Shown in pieces: positions 62,013-64,000 of a DNA stretch of 64,000 bases. The stretch covers positions 1 to 64,000 of the forward strand of contig CAXHJY010000254.1 of the NCBI GenBank assembly GCA_964016885.1, in the 5' to 3' direction. The translations under genes and the position numbers were made by a program. Position 1 is the first letter of the stretch. Every line of letters starts with the position of its first letter. The notes beneath the pieces are model-generated. The model was not told where the DNA came from, did not search any database, and worked only from the letters and a program-made list of their open reading frames with translations. The stretch is from Eledone cirrhosa (Eukaryota).

Positions 62013-62051
62013 TGAACAAGTACTTTCATGCTTTCGCAATCTTCAGGTTCA
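62013..62051 (-). ncRNA. 39-nt minimal type I hammerhead in an isolated 240-bp island
   Basis: TGAAC-CTGAAGA-T-TGC-GAAA-GCA-T-GAAA-GTAC-TT-GTTCA; perfect 5-bp stem I, GNRA-capped stem II, palindromic stem III. Confidence 0.88.
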
Positions 62052-62103
62052 TGATATGTGGTGACAGTCGAGTTTGCAATTTTCAACTGTGTATATAAAT
62101 ATG

Positions 62104-62138
<35 letters not shown>

Positions 62139-62171
62139 GTATATATATGTATATATATATATATATGTATA

Positions 62172-62216
<45 letters not shown>

Positions 62217-62217
62217 G

Positions 62218-62406
<189 letters not shown>

Positions 62407-62445
62407 GTATGTATATATATATATATATATGTATATATATAGATA

Positions 62446-62630
<185 letters not shown>

Positions 62631-62649
62631 GTATATAGATATATATATG

Positions 62650-62724
<75 letters not shown>

Positions 62725-62939
62725 TTCGTTTCTGAATTTGTTTAGCAAGATTCTTTATCTGAAATCGTGTGTTGAAACCGATATTGTTACACTTTGGGAG
62801 GGTCATGCTGCCAATAAGAAACACACGCACCAGTTGCTTTTACTTCAATTTAATTTATTAAATATTTATAAATTTACAAATTTATAAATTTCTGGTTGGT
62901 TGGTTGGTTCCACAACCAGATAGTTGTTTATATATATAT

Positions 62940-62984
62940 AGTCATAGTTCTTTCGTCACACACTCTGTGACCTCTTCAGTGACT
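62940..62984 (-). ncRNA. Minimal type I hammerhead (left arm)
   Basis: Reverse complement of 63175-63219. Confidence 0.88.
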
Positions 62985-63174
62985 GGGGATTTCTTTCTTC
63001 GTTTCTGTGCCTTTCATTTCTTCTATCCTACGCCATTTTGTTTGTATATATGTATATATATATGTATATATATGTATATGTATATATATGTATATATATG
63101 TATATATACACACACAAACAAAACGGTGTAGGATAGAAGAAAGGAAAGGCACAGAAACGAAGAAAGAAATCCCC

Positions 63175-63219
63175 AGTCACTGAAGAGGTCACAGAGTGTG
63201 TGACGAAAGAACTATGACT
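63175..63219 (+). ncRNA. Minimal type I hammerhead (right arm)
   Basis: AGTCA-CTGAAGA-G-GTCACA-GAGTG-TGTGAC-GAAA-GAAC-TA-TGACT. Confidence 0.88.
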
Positions 63220-63374
63220 ATATATATATAAACAACTATCTGGTTGTGGAACCAACCAACCAACCAGAAATTTATAAATTTGTAAATTTATAAATATTTA
63301 ATAAATTAAATTGAAGTGAAAGCAACTGGTGCGTGTGTTTCTTATTGGCAGCATGACCCTCCCAAAGTGTAACA

Positions 63375-63538
<164 letters not shown>

Positions 63539-63720
63539 GTATATATGTATATATATATGTGTATATATATATGTGTATATATATATGTATGTATATATAT
63601 ATGTATGTATATATATATGTATGTATATATATATGTATGTATATATATGTATATATATATATGTATGTATATATATATGTATATATATGTATGTATATAT
63701 ATATGTATATATATATATGT

Positions 63721-63761
<41 letters not shown>

Positions 63762-63860
63762 TGTGTATATATATATGTATATATATATAAAAACAAATAA
63801 CGAAACGAAATTAAATTTCGTTTCGCTTCTAACTCACATTTGTATGACTGACGCTTAAAC

Positions 63861-63997
63861 AATTAAGTTAAAGTGTACATCTACATATGTATACGGAAGT
63901 ATTAGTATGCATATAAATACACACATGTATACATATGTACATGTACTCAGCTTTTCACTAGACACTTTACAGTGAGTGTCAGCTAGTCTGTATGTAA
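63861..63997. repeat. Unclassified repeat, inverted copy of 3364-3500
   Basis: Direct comparison. Confidence 0.85.
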
Positions 63998-64000
63998 CCA

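Noticed and set aside
63800-63830. CGAAACGAAATT hairpin as a ribozyme half or terminator
   Set aside because: Simple palindrome with no CTGAnGA partner on either strand.

Overview
Repeat-saturated animal genomic DNA, probably cephalopod (Octopus-like); the taxon is inferred from the huge (TA)n tracts, RTE LINEs with (GAT)n tails and their partner SINEs. Roughly 18 kb is (TA)n-derived microsatellite, and most transposons sit directly in it. Contents: a near-identical tandem plus inverted triple array of a Penelope-like element (PLE; RT + C-terminal GIY-YIG, Hydra-clade-like) whose consensus ORF is intact at 772 aa; two further Hydra-like PLE families and a decayed Neptune/Poseidon-like PLE; RTE and CR1-group LINEs, a Helitron, a mariner, SINEs and MITE-like inverted repeats. 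The only host gene I can support is three 3' coding exons of FBXO28 (50.4-55.8 kb, + strand). The most notable hidden structure is a set of about ten sequence-unrelated type I hammerhead ribozyme (HHR) motifs, found by eye. They lie in PLE pseudo-LTRs and in tiny non-coding islands between TA tracts. They include a family with a conserved non-canonical CAGAAGA core and a 600-bp inverted-repeat element with two divergent HHRs. All RNA folds are manual and untested.
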